From IMG/VR virus record IMGVR_UViG_3300031992_000007, positions 128,001 through 192,000 of that record: a stretch of DNA of 64,000 bases; one strand, written 5' to 3'. A program made the translations under genes and the position numbers. Below, piece after piece: positions 54,330 through 64,000 of this stretch. The stretch's first letter is position 1; every line of letters starts with the position of its first letter. The notes beneath the pieces are model-generated. The model made no database searches and was not told the origin of the DNA. It saw only the letters and a list, made by a program, of their open reading frames with translations. This DNA comes from a virus. Its lineage: Duplodnaviria; Caudoviricetes.

Positions 54330-55577
54330 TTAACTCAAAGTGAACAGCGGAACCTGGTAGTCTCTGATCAATGAACGTGAACACAATGCGTGTACCGACA
54401 AGTCAACGTAGTAACGTTTGCACTTATCGTTCGCATACCTAAAGGTAATATATACTTCTTCCGCCCACGAGCGCGCTACGTGTACAGAAACTACGTTCTG
54501 CAACTTGAGCTCTCGGATTTGGTGGATGACTTTCTTTACCACGGTATCTTCCGCCTGAGTGTGGTCAGCACCAAGCGTACGACTTTGGATGTTCATGTCA
54601 AACGGATTATACCTACGGAAATAACCCGGTTGTACTGAGCTTACTGCAAGTTCGAATTCACCATAGGGTATTGCTTCGATGTACTCAATTATCGAGAACA
54701 CATCGCGGTCATCATTTCTCTCGACATTGATCTCCGTGTCACTTGGAAGTGGCTCCATCATGAATCCACGCTGGAAACAGTGAAGACCAAAACTAGGACT
54801 AATGAGATACATGATCTCTTTCAGAAGAACTGGACCCCACAGTAACAGTTTGAGAACTGCACATGTCGAGAGAGGTGAAGTATCAGTCCACTTTTCGGGA
54901 AGCTCAGCACCTCTAAGAACATCTATTGGGTCAGGTCTGTACCAATCATCTTCGAACGCGTAAATGTCCGACAGTGCTCTTATGTTCGCACCGATCGTCA
55001 GGTAAAGATCCTGTCCGTTCACCTCAGGTTTGAACTCACTTATTCTGACGATGTCATCTCTGGATGGATAGTTGACGAGCAGCTTGACTATTTCTGGACT
55101 CGGATAGAACATCAAGTTATTGAACGCTCCAAGTTCATCTGCGATGGCAGCTTCGATTGGAACGTCCTTTGTCTCATCTATCTCGAACCTCATGAGAGCT
55201 CGTACATTTTCCCACAGGATGTACTTTCTTCGTTTGTACGTTTTGGGGTCGGTTACTGCAACCCACAGACAGTAGAGTAAAGTCTTCTTCGATTTCCCAA
55301 TGTGCAATACATCAATGGGTGACTCGGATAGACAGAAGTACTCCACTATTCCGTGGATTGTATTCTCGATCAGCTTGAACCTGAACCAAGTATCGACACC
55401 TGTCGGAACATCCGTCTCGGCACCGAACTCAATGAACATGTCATCAGAGGGCGATTCGAACCCGTATACCCTTTGAATGTTGGATATAGGAGGACAACAG
55501 GATACCTCTGACGATACCTCGGCCGTTCGTTTGAACTGTTTGAGCCTTCTTGGTAGAAGGACTATATCGTCGATCAT
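54330..55577 (-). CDS. Hypothetical protein, paralog of next gene
   Basis: GVDTWFRFKL, VARSWAEEVYIT..YVDL. Confidence 0.75.
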   Translation of the reverse strand: MIDDIVLLPRRLKQFKRTAEVSSEVSCCPPISNIQRVYGFESPSDDMFIEFGAETDVPTGVDTWFRFKLIENTIHGIVEYFCLSESPIDVLHIGKSKKTLLYCLWVAVTDPKTYKRRKYILWENVRALMRFEIDETKDVPIEAAIADELGAFNNLMFYPSPEIVKLLVNYPSRDDIVRISEFKPEVNGQDLYLTIGANIRALSDIYAFEDDWYRPDPIDVLRGAELPEKWTDTSPLSTCAVLKLLLWGPVLLKEIMYLISPSFGLHCFQRGFMMEPLPSDTEINVERNDDRDVFSIIEYIEAIPYGEFELAVSSVQPGYFRRYNPFDMNIQSRTLGADHTQAEDTVVKKVIHQIRELKLQNVVSVHVARSWAEEVYITFRYANDKCKRYYVDLSVHALCSRSLIRDYQVPLFTLS

Positions 55578-55586
55578 GTTTTCTCC

Positions 55587-56780
55587 TTAAAGGTAAGTAC
55601 GATCAATCAGACCATGACTTGAAGCCATGATCCACCAGACGAGGTCGATATATCCATACACATCTCCCGTTTCGAGATCAGTGATAGACACATCTTCCAT
55701 ACAAGATCTATGGACTCGTACCTTTTTACCATTGCCTAGACCTATGCACTTCAGGTAGAGATGCAGAAGATCTTTAGCTACTGGCGAAACGCTCGGCATC
55801 GACTTGTTGAACTGGGTGTCAGTGTATACATGTGTCACGTATGTGTCAGGGATAGTTGGATGAGGGTCGTTCATGTCAACGTCGAAGTAGAAGTCATCGT
55901 ACTGCTGCAAGAACATCGCGATCATCTTACCCATGAAGTATGTATTAGTTGGATGAATGCATAACGCATACGACGAAACAACTTTGTTACAAACCTCATC
56001 CCAGTTCTTCATCGAAGCTACGACCGCATTCCGCACGTTGTCGGTCTTGTCCAAAAACTCGTTTATGTACGGCTGAATTTCTCCCCAGGATACTGCATGC
56101 GCTACTTTAAGAAATGTATCAGGATAAACCGCAATGTTGTTGATAGTAGCGAACTTATTTACAAGTGCCGCAAGTTTGACATTGTTCTCCATGTCGCGGA
56201 TGCGACCACTAACCATGTTGTTCATCTGCTCTAGACTGTAGTCCACATCAGCTGGAGAGAACCCACTCTTAGCCAACTCTATACCTTCAGTTAAGAACAC
56301 ATCCGGTGGAGGGTGACCTGTATTGAGAGTGTAGTTTTCAGACAGGAAGTCCAGAGGGGAGATAATTTCTCCTGCTGCGTAGAAGTCATTAGTCCTCAAA
56401 AGTCTTTCGATACTCTTGGTGAACAGGACTGTCATGCCACAGCAGTGTCCGTAGATCGGATAGATTACATTGGAGTAGTGGGTATCGTAGTTATCGAGAT
56501 TGATCTCTGTGCTCGAAACGATGACGATCTCCGACTCGCTCATGCATGCATTTGGATCGCTCAGGAACATCTTTGCTTGATCCTTGAGATCGTTGAACGT
56601 ATCTTGCATGACGAGTTTGTATTTGAACCATCGCCTTACACCCAGACTGAACTCTCTACCGACAGAGTATGAAGCCGCACCGGAATCAAAACCATCGATA
56701 GGATCTATTCCTAACAACTGATCGGTGTTGTCCAGGAAAGCCTGGGTGAAGTTAGGTAGAGGGATCACTGCTGTTATCAT
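55587..56780 (-). CDS. Hypothetical protein, paralog of previous gene
   Basis: Start revised to ATG 56780; GVRRWFKYKL, VHRSCMEDVSIT..YIDL. Confidence 0.75.
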   Translation of the reverse strand: MITAVIPLPNFTQAFLDNTDQLLGIDPIDGFDSGAASYSVGREFSLGVRRWFKYKLVMQDTFNDLKDQAKMFLSDPNACMSESEIVIVSSTEINLDNYDTHYSNVIYPIYGHCCGMTVLFTKSIERLLRTNDFYAAGEIISPLDFLSENYTLNTGHPPPDVFLTEGIELAKSGFSPADVDYSLEQMNNMVSGRIRDMENNVKLAALVNKFATINNIAVYPDTFLKVAHAVSWGEIQPYINEFLDKTDNVRNAVVASMKNWDEVCNKVVSSYALCIHPTNTYFMGKMIAMFLQQYDDFYFDVDMNDPHPTIPDTYVTHVYTDTQFNKSMPSVSPVAKDLLHLYLKCIGLGNGKKVRVHRSCMEDVSITDLETGDVYGYIDLVWWIMASSHGLIDRTYL

Positions 56781-56844
56781 ATTCCTCTCCTTATGGAAAT
56801 AAAGGTTAACCTCCACGACTCTCTAAGGAGTCGTGGAGGGTAGA

Positions 56845-58527
56845 TCAGAATGCTTCTGAATCGAATACGCTGACCAACTTGCACGCATCCTCAGTGATTT
56901 CCACTGTTGGGATGATCTCCTCGCCATTGTGGATGAACGAACCGATGGGCTCGGTACTTCCAGGAGGAGTGAGCTCAAGAATGTAGTCCGGCACGTTAGC
57001 CGTATACTTGACAGTCGCAAGGTCGTTGATGAGTTCCTCCATCTGCATATCCCAGGCACGCTCACGCACGCTCTTGGTAACATCCAGATAGATATCTCCG
57101 CTATCACCAGTTGCGAATCTGGAACGACAGTCGATGTAGTTCGGCCTGGTAGGAGCCATGCGCTTGAACAGATCTTCATTCTTACCGAGCGTCAGTCGGA
57201 CGTTATTGGTCTTCGTTGCAGTCAGTGCCACCATGAGAGGATACATACCCATACTCAAGGCAATTAGCTGCAACATCACGATCAATTGGGTATACGCCTT
57301 GGTGTCGATGATGTCGATACCACGACCTCCACCCATAGCCCGTCCGAACACAACCGTAGCCACATACCTGTTGAGAGGTGTCTGATAGCACGGATGCCCG
57401 TTCAGGAAGTAGTTCAAACAAGCATCGAACTCGTCCTTGGTGATGTCGTACATGACACGATAGTCGTCGATGATCGAGTTGATCGAATCCTCGATGATCA
57501 GTTCCGTATCGACCGTACCATCACTTACAAGAGAGTCGATCTCGATCTGAGCCATCTTACCGCCATCATCTCCGGATAGCATGGAACCAGGGGCATTCCT
57601 CAGTTTGACCTGGGCTTGCTTGGCTTTGGAGTCCTGAGTCTGGACAAGGGTTCTTGTCATCGTGTCGGTATACCGGATGATATTCGACTCTGGCTGTTCG
57701 AGGTTGCAAAGTACGAAGTTCCTAACCATCAACGAAGACATGATCGCTGCGACACGAGTGCTTGGAGTGTGACCAGCGAATACCGGAGCAACATTGTTCT
57801 CCGTGTTCTTGTCACACATACCCTTGACGATGTGTCCGATATAGAACTCGAGCCTACCTATCAGTGCAGGGAAATAGTTCGCCTGGATGGTAGACAGGAA
57901 CCACGAACACCTGGATTCCCTCTGGCGCGGATGCTTGCGAGACCTGTCGCGATCTCCAGCCGGAAGGTTGTTGATCAGCTCGCCGAAGATCGGCGTCGCC
58001 AGTTTGCAGAACATAGCCAGAACCATGGTCTGCCTGATTTCAGGTTCTTTGAATGTCAATTCAGGAGTATCCTGAGGACGGTCTCCGAACGTAGACGTAT
58101 CCTGAAGCTGAATGGTTGAAGCATACTCAGAGAACAGGTCATAAAGCTTGACCTTGTTACACATGTCGTAATACTGCTTACCGAGTTCCTCTACGCACTG
58201 GATGAACACCATAGGTGCCCGCATCTCAGGAACTTCAGCCATCTTCTTCGGCAACGACTCTCTGATGGTGTAGCAAGCACTGCCGAAATACTTGGCTACT
58301 TCGATCTTGTTCTCAGGACTGAGCTTGTTGAGAGCCCAGTTGGTGATCTTGAAGATGTACTCGAAACCTTCGGTCTTCTTACCAGGTTCGTACACCTGGA
58401 TGCTGTTGAACATCGAGCAGTTGAAGATGAGGTAGGGTTTGAGAACCTCTTTGTGCTCGAAGTCAATGTCATCTATGTTAAGTTGAACTTTGTTGCTGCC
58501 GTTAACTGCGACGCATTCGAACTTCAT
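56845..58527 (-). CDS. Non-virion RNAP promoter-specificity subunit (gp68-like)
   Basis: 560 aa; TF...E....LA..CK...PIFGE motif; synteny with SbcD and beta genes; early promoter at 58583-58591. Confidence 0.6.
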   Translation of the reverse strand: MKFECVAVNGSNKVQLNIDDIDFEHKEVLKPYLIFNCSMFNSIQVYEPGKKTEGFEYIFKITNWALNKLSPENKIEVAKYFGSACYTIRESLPKKMAEVPEMRAPMVFIQCVEELGKQYYDMCNKVKLYDLFSEYASTIQLQDTSTFGDRPQDTPELTFKEPEIRQTMVLAMFCKLATPIFGELINNLPAGDRDRSRKHPRQRESRCSWFLSTIQANYFPALIGRLEFYIGHIVKGMCDKNTENNVAPVFAGHTPSTRVAAIMSSLMVRNFVLCNLEQPESNIIRYTDTMTRTLVQTQDSKAKQAQVKLRNAPGSMLSGDDGGKMAQIEIDSLVSDGTVDTELIIEDSINSIIDDYRVMYDITKDEFDACLNYFLNGHPCYQTPLNRYVATVVFGRAMGGGRGIDIIDTKAYTQLIVMLQLIALSMGMYPLMVALTATKTNNVRLTLGKNEDLFKRMAPTRPNYIDCRSRFATGDSGDIYLDVTKSVRERAWDMQMEELINDLATVKYTANVPDYILELTPPGSTEPIGSFIHNGEEIIPTVEITEDACKLVSVFDSEAF

Positions 58528-58675
58528 GATTTTGCTTTTCCTTTCTGAGGTTTATAGAACGTAACGCAATCTATCCAACTAAGTAATATATCTACAAAGC
58601 AACAACCGAAAAAGAATAAGCACCTGTACTGCATGAAGCAGTACAGGGCTTAACAGAGTGCATGTAGTTCGCGAC

Positions 58676-59332
58676 TTAGAACGGGAGATCGTCAGGATTC
58701 GATGCGAATTCGTTTGTGGGCTGCGGGGGCGGAGGATTGCCACCTCCACCGTTCCTGGGCTGGTAACCTCCTGTGGGACGATTACCCCCACGCTGGAAGT
58801 TGCCACGACCACCGCGCTGTGCATTCGGATCGTACGGCTTGATGGTAGCGATGTACCACCTCTGCACCTGGGTGAACCAGTCAATAAGATCCTGAAGCAT
58901 GTCGGCTGAGCAGTCTGCTTCACTCATCGGGTCAGAACCGATCTGGACGGACTGAGAACCGTTTAGAGCGAACGTGAACGTCCTGCCACCATTGCTTGCA
59001 TCCGTGAGATGAATGCGATAGCACATCTTGGCGTCCTTCTCGAGAACGAGTACCCAGACAAGCTTCCTCTGCTTCGACTGCATGTCGAACGTGGTGAACT
59101 TGCAAGGGAGCTTAGTCTCAGGCGGGCAGGTGAGAAGCTTCTCAGCCATCTTCTTGATCTTGCGGAACAGAGAGGCGCGATCAAGCTTCTTCAAAAACAA
59201 CGGCGGCGCATTCTTGTCACCACCACGACCACGAACACGGACGTAGACTTTGCCGTCGTACAATCCGAGGATGAGTGTCTGACCAGCCTGGCGATCCATC
59301 ACCGCCCAGTCAGGGAACCTTATGTCGAGCAT
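58676..59332 (-). CDS. Putative ssDNA-binding protein (gp67-like position)
   Basis: RGG/P-rich linker ending DDLPF, an SSB-type acidic tip. Confidence 0.55.
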   Translation of the reverse strand: MLDIRFPDWAVMDRQAGQTLILGLYDGKVYVRVRGRGGDKNAPPLFLKKLDRASLFRKIKKMAEKLLTCPPETKLPCKFTTFDMQSKQRKLVWVLVLEKDAKMCYRIHLTDASNGGRTFTFALNGSQSVQIGSDPMSEADCSADMLQDLIDWFTQVQRWYIATIKPYDPNAQRGGRGNFQRGGNRPTGGYQPRNGGGGNPPPPQPTNEFASNPDDLPF

Positions 59333-59347
59333 GTTATTTCTCCTTTG

Positions 59348-60199
59348 TTAATCAAGTGAATAAGGAAGAGGGAATGAATTTCTACGGATCTTCTCCGTCA
59401 CGAAATTATTCGTGTGCATTATCATCCTTTCGGATTTGCACAAATCCATAAACCGTTTCTTGTCCTGTTTCTCAAGAACACCTTTGACGAGGTACTTGTC
59501 TCCAAGTAGAACGTGGGTTATTGGATAGAATGGGACGTCAGTGTTTTTGAATACTACTGGCGCTAGAGAAGACGGTTCAAGTTTGACTTTAGCTCCAGTA
59601 TGACTTCTGAAGAGGAACCCTGGTCTACCTGTGCCAGTGCAGCTATGATAGTCCATGGGCATGTGAGAAAGAAGCAGAAGAGGAACGTCCTTCTGGACGA
59701 GCTTCTCAACCACATCCCTTATTCCTTTATAAGAAGGAACTCGCATCTGAGGAGCCATCCTCACATGAGCCTCAACATTCCCTTCTTTCTGGTCACCAAC
59801 AGAGAGTGACCTGAGTAGAAGTCTGAGTGCGTTGTTAGTCACAATTGCCGAGGCGCTATTAGACACCCTTCTGAAGTTGCTGCTAACAGCCTTCGAGTTG
59901 TCCACATAGTAGAAAAGGATGTGATGCTTGTTCTGCGCCCACCTTTGTCCACAGATGTAGGCAATCTCGTTGGCTATGAGAGACATCGTCTTCTTAACCT
60001 CAGCTACAGCATCCTCAGGTTTGACGTGAGTTGTATCTGCAGCGTTCCGAACAAGAGTCTCGATGTTGATAGCAAGCATGACCACATAGTTCGAAGGAGC
60101 TTCGTTTAGATAACCGATGATCGCATCAAGAGCCTCAGTTGTGCCGTAACCAGCACGCCCTTTTTCGGCCTTGTCCTCTGGTTTCATAGGTTCTGCCAT
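59348..60199 (-). CDS. Conserved hypothetical protein (gp66-like)
   Basis: INIETLVRN, LLSHMPMD, SHTG, PF..ITH.LLGD; start revised to ATG 60199. Confidence 0.65.
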   Translation of the reverse strand: MAEPMKPEDKAEKGRAGYGTTEALDAIIGYLNEAPSNYVVMLAINIETLVRNAADTTHVKPEDAVAEVKKTMSLIANEIAYICGQRWAQNKHHILFYYVDNSKAVSSNFRRVSNSASAIVTNNALRLLLRSLSVGDQKEGNVEAHVRMAPQMRVPSYKGIRDVVEKLVQKDVPLLLLSHMPMDYHSCTGTGRPGFLFRSHTGAKVKLEPSSLAPVVFKNTDVPFYPITHVLLGDKYLVKGVLEKQDKKRFMDLCKSERMIMHTNNFVTEKIRRNSFPLPYSLD

Positions 60200-60209
60200 A
60201 GATAACCTC

Positions 60210-61331
60210 CTACTTGGTTTCTGCAACTGTCGAAATTACAGTGTGAAGATCTGCTGGACTGATTTTGTGAGACCTTCTCTCTATTATCGGCATCAATAGT
60301 GTTTCGATATTCCCTGGTGTAATGACAGGTAATTCTTCTAGACACGTGTTGACGTTCTCGAGTATCTGGTCTCGTTTAACAGTCTTAGCAGCATCAACTA
60401 TCGACCACTTCCAGATTTCTCTGGCAGCCGTTCGACAAGCATCGTTGATTGTTTTATCATCTGTCTTAACTCGAACGTGTACCCACTCACCTTCAGCGAA
60501 AGTAGATGCTAGTTTTGTCCACTTCTTACAGAAGAACTGAAGTGCAGCTTCCTTATCCTCACCAAAACCCAGAAGGTCTACCGTGATGAATTTGTTAGCT
60601 TCCTTGTTCTCTATGAAGTTGAACTTGTACTTATCATCATCGATGTCGATCTGGTAGAAACCCTTAGGACCATCTTCATCGTGTGCAAGACGGTCAAAAG
60701 ACCCTATGGAGATAACATTCCTGAAGATGGAAGAACGATGTACGTGTCCATTCAGCACACACCCTTTGATGTACTTCTGGATAATATCCACATCCAGAGC
60801 ATCCTTATCCGGTTTAACTCCAGGTGGGAACATGTGGATGAAATACCCATGATGGACAAGGATATCTGCCTTCTCGACATTGTGAGCCTTAAGCAGTTCA
60901 GCTATATCAGCATATATGTCTTTAGAACCATGGTCGTCCGGAATGTACACGATGTTCAGTCCGGACTTCTCATGATACTCGAAGGAGATTTTGTCGAACA
61001 TTTTAACAGATGTGTCGTTCGGATCTTCCCTGTGAACGAAGTGAAGAGGCTGGTCTCTATCGTGGGAATAGGTTCCTCTTAACACTCTGAGGTCACATCC
61101 TACTTTCCGACACAGCATCTTGAGCTCCTTGATGATCATCAACGCTTCTCTAGACGAAGGGTTGCTCAAGTTGATCAGAGTGTCGAAGAAGTCCCCGCAG
61201 ATAAAAAGAATACTGATATCTTTGGTGATCCTTGGATAAACGTACTTAATAAGTCGTTCATGAAGAAGAAAGGGATCGAGTCTCGGACACCCGATGTGGA
61301 CATCCGAGATCGCAAGAACTGATGTGTGCAT
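60210..61331 (-). CDS. sbcD: SbcD/Mre11-like metallophosphoesterase nuclease
   Basis: SDVH, GDFFD, GTYSHD, GHVH, GSFDRL. Confidence 0.88.
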   Translation of the reverse strand: MHTSVLAISDVHIGCPRLDPFLLHERLIKYVYPRITKDISILFICGDFFDTLINLSNPSSREALMIIKELKMLCRKVGCDLRVLRGTYSHDRDQPLHFVHREDPNDTSVKMFDKISFEYHEKSGLNIVYIPDDHGSKDIYADIAELLKAHNVEKADILVHHGYFIHMFPPGVKPDKDALDVDIIQKYIKGCVLNGHVHRSSIFRNVISIGSFDRLAHDEDGPKGFYQIDIDDDKYKFNFIENKEANKFITVDLLGFGEDKEAALQFFCKKWTKLASTFAEGEWVHVRVKTDDKTINDACRTAAREIWKWSIVDAAKTVKRDQILENVNTCLEELPVITPGNIETLLMPIIERRSHKISPADLHTVISTVAETK

Positions 61332-61342
61332 CAGGAACCTCC

Positions 61343-62005
61343 TTAGAAGTCAAACATGTCCTGAGGTATAGCATCAGAATCCTTTTGTGAATTTTTAGTT
61401 CCTTCTTCACCACCGTCAACCAAAGCCTTCTCCGCTCTGGCAAACTCTTCCTCACTTCCCTTATCAGGTGGGTTGATAGCGGTGATAAGCTGACCTATTA
61501 CGTAACCGTACTTCTCGAACTCTGCCTGAGCAATGGGATTGTCCTGAGCTTTGGCAGTGTTAAGGAACGAGTTAATCAATCCGGCAGCCACATTACTACC
61601 AAGTTCGTTCAGCGTCTTAAGCTGTCTAAACATGGCAGGGATAGTGTGGACTACCTCGTGGTACTGACGTGTTCCCGGCACGTAAATAACTTCCCCAGAG
61701 AAGTCTTCAGGGTCAGATACATATCCACCATAGATCTTGATCGGGTGCTGGAGAGAGAAGGTGCTCTGATAAGCAGTATAGAGTTTCTTCTGCTCTCTAT
61801 CAGACATCCTCTCCATAGCCTTCTTGTTGAATAGAGGCTGGAACTTAGCAAATGCATTAACACTAACAATGTTGGATTCGGGGATCTGTACCTTGAGGAA
61901 GGCTTTGCAGTCGCCAGCAAGAGTTCTACGTTCGGTATCAGATGGCCTCTCAACCTTCTGAATGTTAGCTTCCGAAGGTATTACTGGTTCACTAGATTGA
62001 GACAT
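61343..62005 (-). CDS. Conserved hypothetical protein
   Basis: SD GGAGG; operon context. Confidence 0.7.
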   Translation of the reverse strand: MSQSSEPVIPSEANIQKVERPSDTERRTLAGDCKAFLKVQIPESNIVSVNAFAKFQPLFNKKAMERMSDREQKKLYTAYQSTFSLQHPIKIYGGYVSDPEDFSGEVIYVPGTRQYHEVVHTIPAMFRQLKTLNELGSNVAAGLINSFLNTAKAQDNPIAQAEFEKYGYVIGQLITAINPPDKGSEEEFARAEKALVDGGEEGTKNSQKDSDAIPQDMFDF

Positions 62006-62016
62006 TTAAATCCTCC

Positions 62017-62451
62017 TTACTTAGAGGTAAAGGTTGGGGTAAACGAAGCACCATCCTTACCTACCTTGATCTGCTGTCTCGGGATAATGGCTGATTGATT
62101 CTTGTCAACCATCGCGATAGCAAGACCATAGTTGCCTTGATACGTCCCGTCATCCGCATAGCCATCTTTCTTCTCAACAGTTACCAAAGCCTGGTACTCC
62201 ATATCCGGAAAGTAGTGAGCCAACGCATCCGTTAGACGAACTTCGATCTCGTGTGCAAGGACATCCGGCTGACTTCCATACTGAGCCTCAAGATACTTGT
62301 AGCTCAGCATTTCATTTCTATTAATGGTGGAAGTATGACCAGGGTTGTTGAACAGCCAGGTGATGAGATAGAGTGCAACATCAGCAGGTTTCTTCAAGTT
62401 GGGTGAAGAGATGCTGAAGCACGTCGGACATACAGGAGTTGGCTCTGCCAT
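62017..62451 (-). CDS. Conserved hypothetical protein
   Basis: 144 aa; operon context. Confidence 0.7.
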   Translation of the reverse strand: MAEPTPVCPTCFSISSPNLKKPADVALYLITWLFNNPGHTSTINRNEMLSYKYLEAQYGSQPDVLAHEIEVRLTDALAHYFPDMEYQALVTVEKKDGYADDGTYQGNYGLAIAMVDKNQSAIIPRQQIKVGKDGASFTPTFTSK

Positions 62452-62454
62452 TTC

Positions 62455-62985
62455 CTAGTTCCTTTCTGAAATAATTTTGTCTTTCCGTACCTTCTTGATT
62501 TCTGTCCAGATAGATTTGAACAGCATATAACGGTTACGGACTTCTGCCATATCGAAGTTGCTCTTGCGCAGAGTAAACATATTGCTCAGAGGGAACTTGT
62601 TGAATGAAGACTGCAAGTCATTCGGACTCTGAGTGATGGTGAATGTTGGTAGAGTGTATACATACTCGTCGTTGAACTCTATCCTTGCACATATTGCTGC
62701 CGCACCATCGTCCACAACCTCTACGAGCAAGTAGATGCCTGTGTTAACTACAGCAACGATATTCCCAACTTCAGGTGTAGCAAGCATAGCTGGGATAACA
62801 TCGTTGATGACGCTATCGTCCATAGATACCATACCTCCACTTATGGCTTTGACTGCTCCAGTAGTGTGAAGGTAGTTGAGTATTCCGGACTCTTTGACAC
62901 CAAGACGTGCTTGACTGTCATCTGCTGTCGCTGGTAGCCGAAGAAGTTTCTTCTTAAGTTCCATATAGGACATTGTGATGTTCAT
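62455..62985 (-). CDS. Hypothetical protein
   Basis: Start revised to ATG 62985 (SD AAAGGAG). Confidence 0.7.
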   Translation of the reverse strand: MNITMSYMELKKKLLRLPATADDSQARLGVKESGILNYLHTTGAVKAISGGMVSMDDSVINDVIPAMLATPEVGNIVAVVNTGIYLLVEVVDDGAAAICARIEFNDEYVYTLPTFTITQSPNDLQSSFNKFPLSNMFTLRKSNFDMAEVRNRYMLFKSIWTEIKKVRKDKIISERN

Positions 62986-63061
62986 GGATTTCTCCTTTCT
63001 AGACAAAAATAAAAGAAGCACGATGACTCACGAGGAGTCATCGTGCACGTAAGTGTTACAA

Positions 63062-63706
63062 TCAATCGACCGGTTGAATGTCGCCCATCCGATTGGGGAA
63101 GTCCGTGAAGTCTCGTTTATCTCCCTCGGGACCCAGCTCAGCCTCCAAGAAGCTGCAGATGAAGTCTCTGGTAGTTTCGATCTTCTCCAACTCCTCACTC
63201 GTGAACTCAGGATCATTGGACTTGAACGTCCATGTAACCAGCCCATCCGGTTTGTAGTCCGGATCGGAAGTACTGAACCTGCCGTTCTTGATGAGACGAC
63301 CGACCACATCCTCTTCAGGCATATCCTGACTCTTGACGCCCCATGCACTAAGCTGCCCACTTTCGTAGAACGGCCTGATACGAGGATCTGTAAGAATAGG
63401 GATGTACATACATGCAGGGATGCTGAAGAAATCTTCGCTGCACAGGATCTCTTGGACCTTGTTCGGACACACTTCCGCCTCGATGGTCTTGAGCACCGTG
63501 TCATGAATCTCCTGTGCCTGACTCATAACCATATTCGAGAACGCTTTGAACTTCTCACCGAACGTATCTTGACCGAATATGACTCCGCCTCCCGCATTAC
63601 GCCAGGATTTGTTGAGCTCATTCAGCACGGCCTGCTGACCATATCCTCCAGTATAAACACCAAGAGGTAGGGAGACCGGCATGTCAATGAATTGAAGTAC
63701 CTCCAT
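63062..63706 (-). CDS. Conserved jumbo-phage hypothetical protein
   Basis: Start revised to ATG 63706 (SD GGAGG); ends DFTD..N.MG. Confidence 0.7.
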   Translation of the reverse strand: MEVLQFIDMPVSLPLGVYTGGYGQQAVLNELNKSWRNAGGGVIFGQDTFGEKFKAFSNMVMSQAQEIHDTVLKTIEAEVCPNKVQEILCSEDFFSIPACMYIPILTDPRIRPFYESGQLSAWGVKSQDMPEEDVVGRLIKNGRFSTSDPDYKPDGLVTWTFKSNDPEFTSEELEKIETTRDFICSFLEAELGPEGDKRDFTDFPNRMGDIQPVD

Positions 63707-63828
63707 TGTATCCTCCAAACTGATTTAAAGATGGCTTCATATAGATGATATATGTTTGTAACTTGATACAACTACCGAACGCCTACCGTCTCGTGATGAG
63801 ACGGTAGGTTGTCCGATAGAGTAAGTTG

Positions 63829-64000
63829 TTACGCCACTTTGGGATGCAACTCGTTCCAATACTTGTCCAGATCAAGCTGATCATCATCCGTGAAATACGA
63901 ATGACTTGCAATAGCCATCTCATCGGACATGTGAACTGTGGACGAGAGTGCCTCACCCGTACCATTCAACAGAGTCATGGACGGATGGATCTTAAGGAAG
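63829..64000 (-). CDS. 3' end of a gene cut by the window edge, possibly the gp55-like RNAP beta' N-terminal subunit
   Basis: Open frame ...FLKIHPSMTLLNG...LHPKVA*, followed by hairpin 63782-63808; identity inferred from synteny only. Confidence 0.4.
   Translation of the reverse strand, partial: FLKIHPSMTLLNGTGEALSSTVHMSDEMAIASHSYFTDDDQLDLDKYWNELHPKVA

Noticed and set aside
1-64000. Stop-codon reassignment
   Set aside because: Core genes are full length in the standard code; TAA, TAG and TGA all terminate genes; no suppressor tRNA seen

Overview
A 64-kb segment of a phiKZ-like (Chimalliviridae-type, probably nucleus-forming) jumbo phage using the standard genetic code. The conserved core is mostly on the minus strand: virion RNAP beta (3633-7967), a 3744-aa gp181-like tail/tape-measure protein with its gp182-like partner, an SF2 helicase, non-virion RNAP beta, beta' and gp68-like subunits, a gp69(PicA)-like gene, a baseplate spike and an SbcD nuclease. 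phiKZ gene-number assignments come from remembered motifs and synteny, not from searches. The unusual part is a plus-strand accessory island at about 8.0-17 kb. It holds (i) five AGGCTCTCC motifs at about 145-nt period separating unrelated hairpin-rich units, next to a histone-H1-like gene; (ii) three ornate non-coding RNA candidates of about 0.5-0.8 kb, one carrying a 16-nt motif typical of 23S rRNA domain I; (iii) four giant tRNA-shaped RNAs (129-270 nt) that keep an acceptor stem, with D/T arms in most, but have expanded anticodon or variable domains, beside one normal tRNA-Asn; (iv) an acyl-carrier-protein homolog with the phosphopantetheine Ser replaced by Glu; and (v) a Cys/Gly-rich metallothionein-like protein. 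All RNA structures were read by eye and need covariance or probing confirmation.
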